Shown in pieces: positions 51,360 through 64,000 of a stretch of DNA of 64,000 bases. Source of the DNA: Trichosphaerium sp. ATCC 40318 (Eukaryota; Protista; Tubulinea); contig JALMLS010000561.1 in NCBI GenBank assembly GCA_038496445.1, positions 1 to 64,000 on the forward strand, written 5' to 3'. The notes under the pieces are model-generated. The model did not search any database. It saw only the letters and a list, made by a program, of their open reading frames with translations, and was not told the origin of the DNA. The stretch's first letter is position 1, and each line of letters opens with the position of its first letter. A program made the position numbers and the translations under genes.

Positions 51360-54290
51360 ATGGCAGAACGTAGGTCTAATTTACAGTATACATCTAATTG
51401 GCCTGTTGAACCTGTATCTGATGCTAAAGGGGTACGTTGTGTTACTCGTTCTTCTACTGATTACTTCCAAAGATAAAGCCAAACGTTCAACAAAACAAAC
51501 AACCTAAACAGGCGAAAAAGCAACGCAAGAAGAAGGCAAAGCCATCTAAAGGGCTTAAACCGGTGTCAGATGACTTACCAAGAAGGAAAGGATCCAAAAC
51601 ACCTCGTAACGACGGTAAACGCAAAAAAAATGATGTGTCGGTTGTACCAGATGCCAGACACATTAATACAGCGCCAACAGGTGGAATTGGCACACCAACA
51701 CGGATACGCAGTACGTCAGCATTTTACGCGATCATACACGCTCTTACAAGCGATAAAGCGCTAAACTACTAAAAATATAAACCTGTTTATCGCGAACTGT
51801 ACAATCATCTCATTTTTACTCAAAGCACTTGTACCTGGTAACGCTGTCATTATGACACAGAGTAAAACACAGTATCTACCAGAGTTTCATGGTGTTGTGG
51901 ATATAAAACAAAAGCGTACAATCATCATAGTGATCGATCCTCAAAAAAATTGTATAGAGTATGTCATTTTTTTTTGAACGAACTTCTGTCTGTGTCTTAA
52001 CCATCTGATTTTTTTTTAGGTTTCTTACACGTGGTAAGAAGAAGGATAAAGTACATAGGTTCCTACATGCAACAGACTTGGGTTCTATTGAGTGTGATAT
52101 TAATAATGACACTCGTTTAAGAATATCACTCAAAACAACACAAAAACCAATTGCATTGGGTTTTCCAAACTTTGGTTCAAGACAACAGTTTTGTTACTTG
52201 CTTCGTTGGTTATCACATATAAATGAAGATAAAATGAATACGCGTAATGTGTCACAAAAGTTTGACGTACAAATGTGGCTTGATGTGTACGTCCACGTGT
52301 GGTGAAGACATTTTCTCTTTTTTTTCTTAACACTCATTTAGCTATGTGGGTACATGGAATGTAGGTAATGCACCTCCGAATGTCCCCTCTTTTGAGCCTT
52401 GGATACCAAAAGATAAACATACAATTTACGCTATTGGTTCTCAAGAGTGTGACTACACAGCAAGAAAACCACACAAGAACTGTGCTGCTGATTGGTATTG
52501 TTGATTTTTTTTTGGATGTTATTTTTTTTTAACTGTTATTAGGTTTACAACTCTACTTGATCACTTGGGACCTAGTTATCATGAACTTGCCCGTGTTTCT
52601 TTAAGAGAAATGAGACTACTTGTAGTTATTAGAAAAGATCACTTAAGGCGGGTGACAAATGTACAAATTTCAAGTGAAGGCACAGGTAATTATTGTGCTT
52701 TTCTCAAAGTGGCTCTTATTTCGTTTCCTTAATTCTTTTTTAATTTTAGGTATTGCAAATAGGTTTGGTAATAAAGGAGGCGTTGCAGTCGCCTTACAAT
52801 ATGGAGAAACACATTTGTGTTTTATAAGTTCACATTTAGCAGTACGCAAACTAAGAATCTTTTAGCTCTGTTTTTGTTTTATTTTGTTTGGCACTTTGGT
52901 TGAAACTAACTTGCTGGCATGCTAACCCTTTTTGCTCAATAGGCCCATCAAAATAATGTAAAAGATCGACATGAGGATGTTATAGAACTTATAAAGAGAC
53001 TTCAGATAGGCCCTAGAGAAGTACTAGACATTCATATAAACAAAGAAATTCAAAGTTAATTTTTTCCCTTTTAGAGACCTGATGTTCTTGGAGGCGAATT
53101 TCATCATATATTTTGGTTTGGCGACTTGAATTATCGTATAAACGATAAAAGAAAGAAGGTTATTAGTCTAATAGAGCAAAAAAACTTAACAGCATTAAAG
53201 TAAGTACTCATCGTGACTCCAAGAAAACTCTTGTGTTTTAACTTGTTTTAAGAAAATCAGACCAGTTGATTGAAGAGATGGAACAAAAGGCTATTTTTGT
53301 GGGCTTCAAAGAAGGTAGTATTTCGTTCAAGCCAACATATAAGTTTGACCCTGGATCTCGTGATCATTACTCTAAAGAGAAGAATAGAGTACCTTCATGG
53401 TAAGTTGTGATATTCTTAAAATATTCCAACTAATTTTTTGGCACAGGTGTGACCGCATTTTATGGCGTTCTTGGCCTAATTGCCGTATTCGCCAACTTAC
53501 ATATAATGCTGCGCATGAACTTATGTCCAGTGATCATTCGCCTGTATATTCTACTTTTAAGGTATGCTCTACAATGATTCATGGGTATAAGAAACTAACT
53601 GTGGCTTTTTGATACAGGTAGAAATTTACAAGACGTTTGTACCAACTTACTATTGTGCTGCATGCACCATAAAACTAACTAATTTGTCAGCAAAAAATCT
53701 TCCTGCTGAAGATGCAAGAACCAAGACATCAGGTAACATAAAAGCGGTGCTAACTTCAAATTTCCACAAAACCAATTCAGTTTTTTCCTCTGAACATCTT
53801 TTTTGGTCTCGTTGACATGCTATCCATGCAATCAATATAATGATTTCAAATGCAAAACACGCTACACACTAAATTATTTATTACTCTCAGTTTTAATTGT
53901 TTGTTTAGATCCGTACATAGTCTTTGCTGCACCTTTCTTGAGTGAAGATGAAAAAACATCAATAGTAAAAAAAGACTTGAACCCATCATGGCCTGATACT
54001 ATTACACTACACCCTTTTATTCCTCATAAAGAATACCTAGAGACACAACATATACGTTGTTTAGTATGGGATAATGATGTTGTGTATGTTCTTATTGTCT
54101 CAAACCAAAGAAGCTCACGTGATATTTTTTTTTTAGGAAAGATGATTTTTTGGGTCACGGTGTTATCTCGTTAAAGGGTCACTTGACATCAAAGGCTACA
54201 GTTTTCACTGTAGATTTAACTAGACGTGGATTTATAACAGGGACGTTACATGGTAAGATTAGTACTCATTATGGTGAGCACGGTGTGTAA
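51360..54290 (+). CDS. Inositol polyphosphate 5-phosphatase with C-terminal C2 domain (SHIP-like layout); multi-exon
   Basis: GTWNVGN, AIGSQEC, GNKGGVAV, CFISSHLAAHQ, FWFGDLNYRI, PTYKFD, PSWCDRILW, SDHSPV. C2 motifs SAKNLPAED..SDPY..KKDLNPSW..VWDND..DDFLG. Confidence 0.93.
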
Positions 54291-55189
54291 ATAAGAACCT
54301 TTGTATTATGATAAAAAAGATGTTAATAATAGGTATTTTAAAGTTCAAACAAAACCAAAATTAGCTCTAAAAGCACACAAATTTAAAGCGTGATCAAGGG
54401 TTTTAAAAGTAAACAGGACGGTTGGTTTGTTTTGCCTTGTATCACATCAAAGAGAATGAATAAAACAAATTCGTACAATTTCAATAATGTAGTGACAGTG
54501 TCAGTTTATTTTTTGAAACACTGTAGTGTTGAAGGAAGGTAACAACAAGAAAAAAAAAAAAGTACTATCTTTTAGGTGGATGAAGTAAATGAAAGCATAG
54601 ATCTTTGTACAAAAAAATCAGTTAGATACCACTACAACCCTTTAAGACCAAGATAGCATATCGTTACTACGTAAACTTAAGTTTAAGCAACACACGTGTA
54701 AATTACAAATAGGTTTATTTCTTCCAACAAAAATTTTAGTTGTCTGCAAAAAGAGCAGCGACAAGTGAAAAATTGTGTCTTTACACGCCATTGCGGATAG
54801 TATTAAATACCTACAACATGTCAACCAGCTGTGTTGTGAAAAAAAGCATAAAAGAAATCTATTACGGTGTCTATATGCACTTGAGTCTTCTCCATATGCG
54901 TCAGAGCTCCCACTGCAATATTAAGCTGCTTTGAAGCGGCATCTAGTTATAATTGATTACAGTCAAACAAAGATGCTTCATAACTTGTAATTGAGCGTAC
55001 CTAGACGGTTTTGAACAGATTGTAGGCCCATAATCATTTGTTTTAACTCTACTCTCGTGACTTGCCTTCCAGGAAGATCTCTACCAACAAGATCATCCAT
55101 TATTATAACATTAACCGCAAACAGTTATCACGTGATTTTTTTCACCACAAAAAAGTCAGCGAAGGTCACAATTTTTATTAGCGCTTGAG

Positions 55190-57143
55190 ATGCCTACGTT
55201 GACACGCATACGCGTGCTAACGCTAGTTTACGTATTAGTACACGTTATAAGCGTATATGGTGAGGATAGTAGGTTTAATCCATCAATTGACTGCCGAAAC
55301 GTCAGCAAAGAGTTGTATGGTGATATAAAACCGCTAGAGTTTGAAATTATATGTAAAATAACAGTACTATAAACTTTAAAAAAACAAATTTAGTTGCCTC
55401 TTCTGATAGCCTTCAGGACGCTCTATGGTGGAAAGATGGCGTATACTATGGACATCCTAAAGTACAACCAACCTTAGAAAAGTATCTCACGTGGTAGGTA
55501 CTACAAGCTGTTTTTAGATACAATACGCTTTTTCCTTTTTTTTTTTTTCTGTTTGCACGTGACGTATTTCTTATTCATATTTGTTTGCTAGGGATAGATT
55601 TGGAGATCCAAAAAAGCTGAAAGGAACACGACGAATACAATTTTCCATGCTTAATCCAACAATGCAGAGTATTCAAACGGGTGCATGGCCACATTGGTAC
55701 AACAAAGAGTATGTTCTTAAGAAATGAATCTGGTTTTTTTTTTGTTGTCTTTATAACTTTGTGCCTGTCACTCACTTTGTTTTTCTTCATAGGAAATTTG
55801 AGTTTGATGAGCTTATAACTGATCCTGTCGTACCTATATTCCACGTATGGCCTAACGTTTATCATCTCATGTTCGTCACCTTTTTCTTCTTTTTACAAAG
55901 GCCTTAAGCGTTTTGTTTGAATTAAGTTTCGATGTTAGGTACGAGTTTTGGCTGCCTACTTGGTCTATTGAGAAGTACTGGGGTATATTAAATAGAACAC
56001 AGCTAGTAGTAGATGACACTGATGAAAGATCAACTCGTATTAATAACTACTGGGAAGAGGCGTACGTTAGTCTACAACGTCATTTGTTTAATTTTCCTTG
56101 TAGTTACTTTCCTGTCCTAAGCCAAGCAGGACCGTTGATATATTTACAACATAATAAGACAAAAGCGAGGTAATATAATACTGTCTTTTTTTGCACAGAG
56201 CCTAGATTGACGAAGGGTTTTTACAGATTTTTTCGAGAGATATATTTTGGAAGACCTTTTTTTGGGTTCCTTCAATGGCCACCAAAGCCTCTTTGGGGTG
56301 ACATTAAGAAATGGCTTAATAAAGAATTCAAAGTAAATATACCTCCTCCAACAAAACCAAAGGTTATGGTCATGCTAAGAAAGGCCTCCAGACGTATACT
56401 CAACACCGACGAAGTAGTGACAACAACTATTATATTTTCTTACTTTTTTCTTATTTAGGTCGAGGACATGTTGAAGGCTATGGGTTTGGACTATGATGTT
56501 GTTGATTTCGAAAGTACATCTCTAAAGGATCAAATGAGTACAGTTCAGAAATATAACATATTCTTAACAACCTTCGGTAAGCTTGAACGTCAAAAAAAAA
56601 CGAACTAATTTTTTGGCTAAAGGTGCTGGTTCGTTTAACTTTTTGTGGCTCCCAAAAAACTCGATTGCAATAGAGCTGTTTAATAGAGATGGAAAGACTT
56701 GGTTCTTATATGAAGGTGTTGCTAAAATATCTGATGTTAGATACTTCAGTCTTCACCAGGTTGGCACTTGGCCACCTGAACTGTGGGCAAAAGAACACCA
56801 AGGCTTGTACGCTTCTTCCAAATGTTTCCCTTTCCTTGACACTAACAACTTTTGTTTTGGATAGAGATTCTATTCCTGGAGATTTTGAGCGTCGTGGATG
56901 TGAAACACGTGATAATTACTATTCAGAGCCTTGCCTGAGTTTCGCAGAAAGAGGAGACGTTTGGGTTAATATTGCACAATTAAGGCATTTGCTTGAAAAA
57001 GCAATAAACGAAAATGCAACATCAGTATTTTCTGACAAAGTTAAATTGTTTGAGGACGTACCAGGTAACACCTATTTATCTCTTATAAATATTTACTAAG
57101 TATTGATACCATAGAGTACTCTGACTACATTTTAAAAGAATAA
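55190..57143 (+). CDS. Glycosyltransferase family 61-like (EOGT/POMGNT2/DUF563 type); multi-exon
   Basis: N-terminal signal anchor. NVYHL, RKASRRILNTDE, DFESTSLKDQM, TTFGAGSFNFLWLPKNSIAIELF (GT61 hGAGLtN..LP..vIEl). Confidence 0.8.
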
Positions 57144-57545
57144 CATGCACACCAGGTTTCACTTATGTAAGTTGAAATGCTTGTTAAAATACAAGGTTTA
57201 ATGCCACGTTGACCAACCGTATAAACCGATAGCTTACATTTCAACCGTTTTAATAAGTACACTCAAAAGGTTACAAGCCACGTTGGCACTGCATTTTTTC
57301 AATGAACTCAGTTTTGTGCTCCACAATTGTCCAATGAATTAGAACCAACTAAGTTTCATGGCAGCTTTATTGCCAAGCTTCTTCCCTTATGTTAATTCTT
57401 GAGAGATTTTTGCGTCCACAACATTAAACCGTTTTTTGTGGAAATATTTACAAGTGTCAAAACGTTCTGTGAAGCAAAGTCCGAACACTCTTTATTTAGC
57501 ACAGGTATTTACAACCCCTTCCTCCCACCACGTACAACTACGGAT

Positions 57546-57809
57546 ATGGGTTCCTTTTTCTCAATGATTCCGTATCCTTATAACCCATTTGCTCCAATAT
57601 CCAGCAGACTAGCGCTTGACAATCCACAATATGCAGGTTTAACAACGAACGAAGCCACAAGACGTATTAAACAGGCGTATGGAGATCATATCATAGTAGC
57701 CGTGTGGGTTATAGGCGAACCAGTAGAAGATGACCTTCATCATCGTCGCGTTCAACTATACGTTAATAGTAAGGAGCCTGATATTGTTGTAAACTATCTG
57801 TGTCAATAA
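57546..57809 (+). CDS. Potato inhibitor I (I13)-like small protein with MG N-terminus
   Basis: PQYAGLTTNEATRRIKQ..VWVIGEPVEDDLHHRRVQLYVN resembles WPELVG...EAK..I...VT.D.R..RVRLFV. Confidence 0.6.
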   Translation: MGSFFSMIPYPYNPFAPISSRLALDNPQYAGLTTNEATRRIKQAYGDHIIVAVWVIGEPVEDDLHHRRVQLYVNSKEPDIVVNYLCQ

Positions 57810-58540
57810 ATAAAACAACAATTTGGTATTCTTCCCCTTCCTGCCGCTTTCTTACCAAATGTTGTTTGTGAATCCAACAATTACAGCCCTTATTGTTAAC
57901 AATAACTGACAATGCGCACGCCGTGTAGTTCTGTTCTCACGTGACAGGGCTCCCCATTGAAAACATGATCCGCTCACTTGTCGTACTTGATTTCGCAAAT
58001 TGACTAAGTTGCATGACTGACACGTTTATTGTTGCACTGCTCCGAAATACCTTGTCTAACAAATCACCTTAAATATGATAATAGTTTCACTGACCAAGCT
58101 TTACTTTGTCAGGCTACTAGGATTACCAGTATACATTAATATAGCCAGTCATTTCAAATTCTCAATGCTACATAAGCAGTCATTTCGACAGTGTTTAAAC
58201 ATTGTAACAAGCAAAAATTGACGTCTGAATTAGGTTGAGTACTGTACCTTGCTTCTCCTACAACAAACCCCGAACTCATCTTTGAGGTTATCCAAAAACA
58301 ACGAAACCATTAGCTTCACCGATACAAAAGTAGCTGGCATCCTGGTCGCATGCACGTGAAAGATTGGTTGGTAAAACTCCAAATATCAACCCATCAAGCA
58401 CCAATGCAGTAAATACGGTTACGGGCTTGATGTGCATGGTTTGGGTAGACTACATACGCTATGTCAAATGCTTGTTTACTTTCATTGAACCACTTTCCAT
58501 TCTAAACTACTCGTGTACATCCGTTAAAGAGCGTTTTCTT

Positions 58541-60509
58541 ATGGCAGAATCTACAACCACAAAATGGCCATCCGTACAAGTACGCAGATAGAATGAAAAG
58601 CTTATTTTAATTATTATGTAGCCTGTTACAATAGTAGAAGGTACAAACAACAATGTACGGGGTAAAAACGTAGCCCAGTTTATGAAAAAGCAAGGTATGA
58701 ACCAATATAATAAAAAACGTACCAGAACGCTAATGCATACGCTCGTAGATCAATATGGTGGCGTAGCAATGTTGGCCGAGGTAGTTGGTAGAGACGGTGA
58801 CGCGCTACCGCGCAAATGGAGTGTAGACGTAGAAGGTACGCCAGAAACGCTATTGGGAGCTATTTGCGTTTTAAAACATTCCGAGTTGTCTAATACCGTT
58901 TAAAGGCTTCGGACAGCAGAAAGTAGCAACTGGACCTTCTATTGATGATGTTTACGAACGTATGTCTCTGTTTAGACTTTCTTTTTTACAAAATTGACAG
59001 CTTGTTACAATTAAACAAGTGCGCCTCTAACAGGCCATAGAACGACGGCGAGAGCTTGGTGATAAACAAAAGACGCTCCTCAGGCTTGTTCCTGTACCCT
59101 CAGGAGGCTCTAGTGGTGAATCATACGACTACAAGTGAGTGTCAATGGAATTTTTAAACGTTTAAACACAAAAAAAATCTAAGAACCAAAAACAATCCTT
59201 CATTTCTCTGTTTGATGTTCTTCAATTTGTGTTTTTTAATAATAAATATAGAGATATACTAGCAGAGAATAGAGCACGTATGGGCGGAGACGACTACGTA
59301 CACCCCAAAGGTAAAAAGTCGAGTTTCTTGTCAAGTATATGTTCTCACTCACACATCAGGTTCTGTTACACCAAAAGGCAATTACACTTCACCTTCTATC
59401 AATACACATGATATACATACACAAAACACGAGTATGAACCGTTTGATTATCTATTTAATGCTTATCATACCTCGCTAGCTGCTCGTGATTCTTTGGATGA
59501 TTTTTTGTCAGAGCTTGAAGCAGATTTTAATCCAAGGACTTCTGTGACATTAGAAGATCCACCAAGTCTTCCTGTGGAGGTACTCCACGATAATGAATAT
59601 AATGTGAGTCCATTCGAGGATATAGAATCTCCTCTTAAACAACAAGAACCACACCAGCAACAACAGCTTGACTTTCATTCGAAGCGGACTTCTGAAGAAT
59701 AGTAAGATCGATTACTTAATACCTTGTTTCCTAATTTTTTAACCTTCACTCAGTCATGTTGAAGCATCAAGTAATGCTACTCCTTTAACAGGAAAGCAGC
59801 TTGCTGTTCAAAAACTTAAGGGCTGGATTGGAGGCGTACTAAGGAATGTAGTCATAGTACGTTGTTTTTGGTGTTCTAAGCATTTAAACCTAACTGTTGT
59901 TTATAGCCGAAAGTCGAAGCTATATCAAGTGAGGTAGATAATATAACTAGTCCTAGTGAAGCTAAGGGTGTAGTACAGTTTATAAAGATTGCTACTACTG
60001 TACGTGTTTGTTATCAAATGGTATCACTAATGAGAGAAAAAAACCTTTAGGAACTAAAGATATTATCAAGAAATATTTTTAGAGAAGGAAATCCTTTCTT
60101 TACACCAAAGTCACCTCATAATGGTGTCAGTGATAAAATGCAATTACTACGTGATACATTAAAGAAAACGTTAGTAAATCTAATATCATGTTTTAATGAT
60201 ATTCGAGGATGGCGTCGAGATACACAAGATACACGAGTAAGTGATTTTGTTTTTTGTATTTTAATGAGCCTTGATCATCATGTCATCCTCTTTTTCGGTG
60301 CTAGATACCCCAATACGTCTATCTATCACATCAAGGGATGATAGTGTAATTGGCAGCACCACACGTTTGGGACGTGTTAATCTGGGTTCAAGTCCCAGTC
60401 GTCCCTCTTCTTCTTTTTTTCGTTTGAGTCTGACTTTTTTTTGTGTTAGACTTTAGGTGCTGTAACAAGAGCTATGAAAAATATTAAAGCATATATTATA
60501 AACAACTAG
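58541..60509 (+). CDS. Hypothetical protein (low-complexity middle, helical C-terminus); multi-exon, hosts a tRNA in its last intron
   Basis: Chain of open exons with GT-AG introns from MAESTTTKWPSVQ to GAVTRAMKNIKAYIINN-stop; no family recognised. Confidence 0.55.
60335..60406 (+). tRNA. trnP: tRNA-Pro (anticodon UGG), intron-nested
   Basis: Acceptor GGGATGA/TCGTCCC, D stem GTGT/GCAC, anticodon stem ACACG/CGTGT with loop TTTGGGA, T arm CTGGG TTCAAGT CCCAG. T-run terminator at 60414-60420. Confidence 0.92.
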
Positions 60510-60706
60510 ATATGTTGTTACGTATGCTTTGTTTTGGAGTAAAAACTGTTGACCTGTAGTCAAGTTATATAATGAGTTTGAAGATTCTTTTTTGCAAAAA
60601 AAAAAACCAAAAAACAAGTGTCTCCACATTGTACATTAAAAATATATAATCCGTTTGCTATTGAAAAAGTGTTTATTTGGTTTTATTTTAAGTTAATTTA
60701 TTAGTG

Positions 60707-62298
60707 TCAGATTTGTGACCCTTGTTTTGCTGCAGCGTTGTTGACCATTACCTTTCGTGAAAAAAATAAGAAAAAACCCTGTGTCATAACTAAGAAATCT
60801 TACATCAAGTTCGCGCTGGCAAAGCTCACCAAGATCTTTAAATTCAGCCTTGAAAAATGTTAAGATAACTTGATATTGTATGGTAGATCTTACAGCAGTT
60901 AACTCAGGAACACCACCTTGTCGTGTTTTCTTATACTCATTCCAAGTTTCACATCCTAGTTTTTTTTTTCAAAACGCAGTTGTGTAATTTCACAAGGCAG
61001 TAAGTACCCTTGAACGGCATGTGGCGGTTTGGATCAAAAACAGGCCAAGGCCTATTTCAAAGTTAATAAACGTATATACATAAAAACGCAAACCTGCAAG
61101 CATTTGTTACTGAATCACATGGTTTTCCTAGAGAATCCATTTAATAAAACAAGAAACTTAATAAACAATGTACCTCGTAGTAAATAAGAGTTATACTGTA
61201 GTGTAGGATCTGTTACTTGTGTTGATGTAGGCACATATCTTATGGTTAATCCACACCGTCTTTTGTCAGATTTATTTGCTTTAGAACCATGTATGACGTT
61301 TGAATGATGAATAGAAATGTCGCCTTTAAAAAAATAAGTTTCACCAAAATTGGCCTTAGTGTCGTTATAACTTACCTGGTTGTAATACCAAGTCTACTGC
61401 ATCTTCTTCTTTTACGACGTAATCTATTTCTGTACCCAACTAGGTAAAGTTTTAAAATAAAAGAGTGTTTCTAAAATAAACATACAACACTTTCTACATC
61501 TTTATTAACAACAAGTTTTTTAAGACCTTTTCTATGAGATCCTGGAATGACACGAAGACATCCATTCTCCGCTGTAGATGCATCTACAGCAAGCCTAATA
61601 TATAATGACGGTCATACAATATTGTATTGTACCATAAGTTCACAGGCCCGAGAGGTTTCGATTCGTCTGTTTTTTCCAAAGGAAAATAAGATCCATCTTG
61701 ATGCCATAACACTGGAAGACCAACTTTTTTTGGTTTACAAATATAATGACTTTACAAAAAAAATCACGTGTCAAAAAGTACATAGGTACAAATGAAAAGA
61801 AGTACCTTGAGAAGAGCATTATATTCGCGCCTAAGAAGAGTTCGACAACGTCGAGTAATCCAAAGAGAATGTCAACAAAAAAAAAAAAAAAAAGGAAAAA
61901 AAGTGGTTCTCCTTCACAGACTGCGATTTTCTTTCGTTGGTTTACTGCATTTTCTGTAGGTACCTATCATCGCTTACTAATCGCACCCAGAAAGGGTCAT
62001 CCCACATTAACGGATGATGAAGTTGTTCAGCTCTAAGCTCTGGATTCTTCTCAAGCAACCAAGTGACGTGCTTTGAAGCCTGGAACCAGTTCGTTTACGA
62101 GCAACAGAAAAAAAATCCAAAAACAGCTAGATACGCGCTAGTTATGATGTACCTCTTTAATGAGCTCTTTATCAATAACGTTTCGCACTAAAACAACAGT
62201 GTGACACTTTAAAAATTAAATCAAGCGCGTAGCGAACCTATAACATAGCCATCTCTTTCAAAACGCTTTGCTATGTCGTCACCTTGCTCTTTATCCAT
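60707..62298 (-). CDS. Phytanoyl-CoA dioxygenase (PhyH) family protein; multi-exon
   Basis: FERDGY, WHQDGSYF, LAVDASTAENGCLRVIPGSH, PGDISIHHSNVIHGSKANKSDKRRCGLTIRY. Confidence 0.92.
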
Positions 62299-62357
62299 TG
62301 TTTGGGTTGTTTTGAACCGTAAACGAATTCGTTTGAGCAAAAAGTCTGACAGTTTCC

Positions 62358-62928
62358 TTCCATCCCGCACCAGCCAGAGAATGTGATTGCTACTACCATA
62401 CTGTGGTCTTAGGTCTTACAGTACAAGACTACGCATATGGGTACTAATCGCGTAGAGCTTTAGAGTGGAGTAGGCTGCACGCGTGGTATGGTTCGTAACC
62501 ACGCGTACAGCTGTTTTCCACAGATACAGGGAAATAAATTCCTGAGAAAAGTGAGGAAATGCATCCATTGTTCGTTTGCCTAACAAGTTTCATGAGTTTA
62601 AATGCAAAAGACGACACTAAAACTGTTTGTTTCTTTTGTTTTACGACTCAGCGGGAAAATTAACGTCACAAAGGATCGGAGACTCTCACCACAAGAATAT
62701 ATGTTTTCCCAACTCATCAGAGTGTTTTTGATAGTAAAAAGGAGTTGTGGGTAGGGTAAAATACGTACATTTGCAAGAAGTGATGCGAGAGTAGTGAGAT
62801 TGAGAAATAATGTTGATATGAGCTTAATCACGATTAAGTGCGCAAAAATCTGTTGTTTTGGTGACACATGGCGTCCGCTCACGAGGCTCTGGACCTTGTC
62901 TATGTGGAAAACGTCGGTGCGAAGTGAG
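62358..62928 (-). ncRNA. Candidate ~570-nt structured RNA with long-range pseudoknot (RNase P/MRP-like topology)
   Basis: Terminal helix 62366-62371/62916-62921. Crossing helices 62513-62522/62903-62912 and 62372-62379/62887-62895 (bulged U). Several nested stems. Mismatches read as G-U only on the minus strand. U5 run just downstream. Confidence 0.6.
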
Positions 62929-63086
62929 TGTCAAAAATCCAACATTTTCGTTTGACTAGTTTTGAAGAGAAAGCTCATTGGTATACGTAAGTAACCTTAC
63001 TGCGCGTAGATTCGCTTATTTAACGCGTTATTAGACACGCCTATCGCCAAAAACATTGTCAAAGTATCAATAGCGTCTAAAATATC

Positions 63087-64000
63087 ATGATTCTCCTTGG
63101 ATTAACGGGAGGCATCGCCTCAGGCAAAAGTACAGTAAACAAAATGTTTGAGTTACCAATGATCGATTTGGACGTCATATCGCGTGAGATATTTGTTCCA
63201 GGACATAGCGCGTACAAACAAACGTTCGTACATAAATTTTTAGCAGTGTTTTAGTTTATTTAAGCCTAAATCGCCTGTAGGGTGGCTGAATTCGGTAAAG
63301 ACATCTTAAATGAGGACGGAACAATTAACCGAAAAAAGCTTGGCGCTATTATCTTTAATGACGCTGCACAACGCAAAAAACTGAACAAAATAACGCATCC
63401 AGCCATTTTTACGTCTATGGTAAAGCAAATATTATGGCATTTCATAATCGGAACGAAAATCCTTCTTATTGATTCACCTCTGTTATTTGAAAGTGGTTTA
63501 TCAAAATGGATGAAGCACACCATTGTGGTTTATGTACCACCAGATCTTCAATTGGAACGGTACCATACCAATCGCACAAGTTGCCTTTTTTTGAAGTGTT
63601 CGAAATTCTATTCAAAAAAAAAATACTTGTAGTCACAACTCCTTGTTCCTCATCTCGTTTTGCATAGACTAATGGGACGTGATAAATCAACATCTGAAGA
63701 AGCACAACAACGTATTAGTTCTCAAATGACGTTAGACAAGAAGAAATCAATGGCAACTTATGTTATCAATAATTCAGGAACACTTGAGGCACGTGATGAG
63801 TTTTTAGGTTTTTTTTTATTTATTTTACCGATGCTTTCAATGTCGATATTGGAATATAACACTTGTTGCAGGAAACAAAAATGCAAGTGAAACGGCTTAA
63901 AGAAAAGTTAAATAACTCTACTGTATTATTGAGTAGGAACAACTTATTAATGCTATGTGCTGTACCATTATTGTACTATGCTTACCAACTTGTAATGTAA
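63087..64000 (+). CDS. DCAKD: Dephospho-CoA kinase with C-terminal membrane anchor; multi-exon
   Basis: [66 protein letters not shown]. Stop at 63998-64000. Confidence 0.95.

Overview
Compact, intron-rich eukaryotic genomic DNA (AT-rich, many 30-60 nt GT-AG introns, very short intergenic gaps). It is most likely from an amoebozoan-type protist, an inference from the TMK-style kinase, the ubiquitin variant and the gene content. The supplied ORF track mostly shows exon fragments or antisense shadows of repeats. 1-5.5 kb is a patchwork of inverted and direct copies of 5.5-13 kb joined at microhomologies. 5.5-15 kb holds two paralogous secreted proteins (Pro/Thr mucin stalks, an uncharacterised ~170-aa domain and RTX-like GxGxD repeats). 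The same unknown domain recurs on a reprolysin-type metalloprotease at 26-30 kb. Other genes: MENTAL-like 4TM plus tandem DEP protein, degenerate ADP/ATP-carrier-like protein, PhzF, membrane TKL kinase, chromodomain-PhyH dioxygenase fusion, two intronless F-box/LRR genes (one amid three TIR elements, one decayed), atypical Ras, polyubiquitin, MRPS9, ArgRS, inositol 5-phosphatase-C2, GT61, potato-inhibitor-I-like peptide, a second PhyH and dephospho-CoA kinase. Non-coding highlights are an intronic tRNA-Pro(UGG) with a Gln-like body and an unannotated ~570-nt pseudoknotted RNA at 62.36-62.93 kb (minus strand) with RNase P/MRP-like P1/P2/P4 topology. Exon boundaries were inferred by eye and are approximate.
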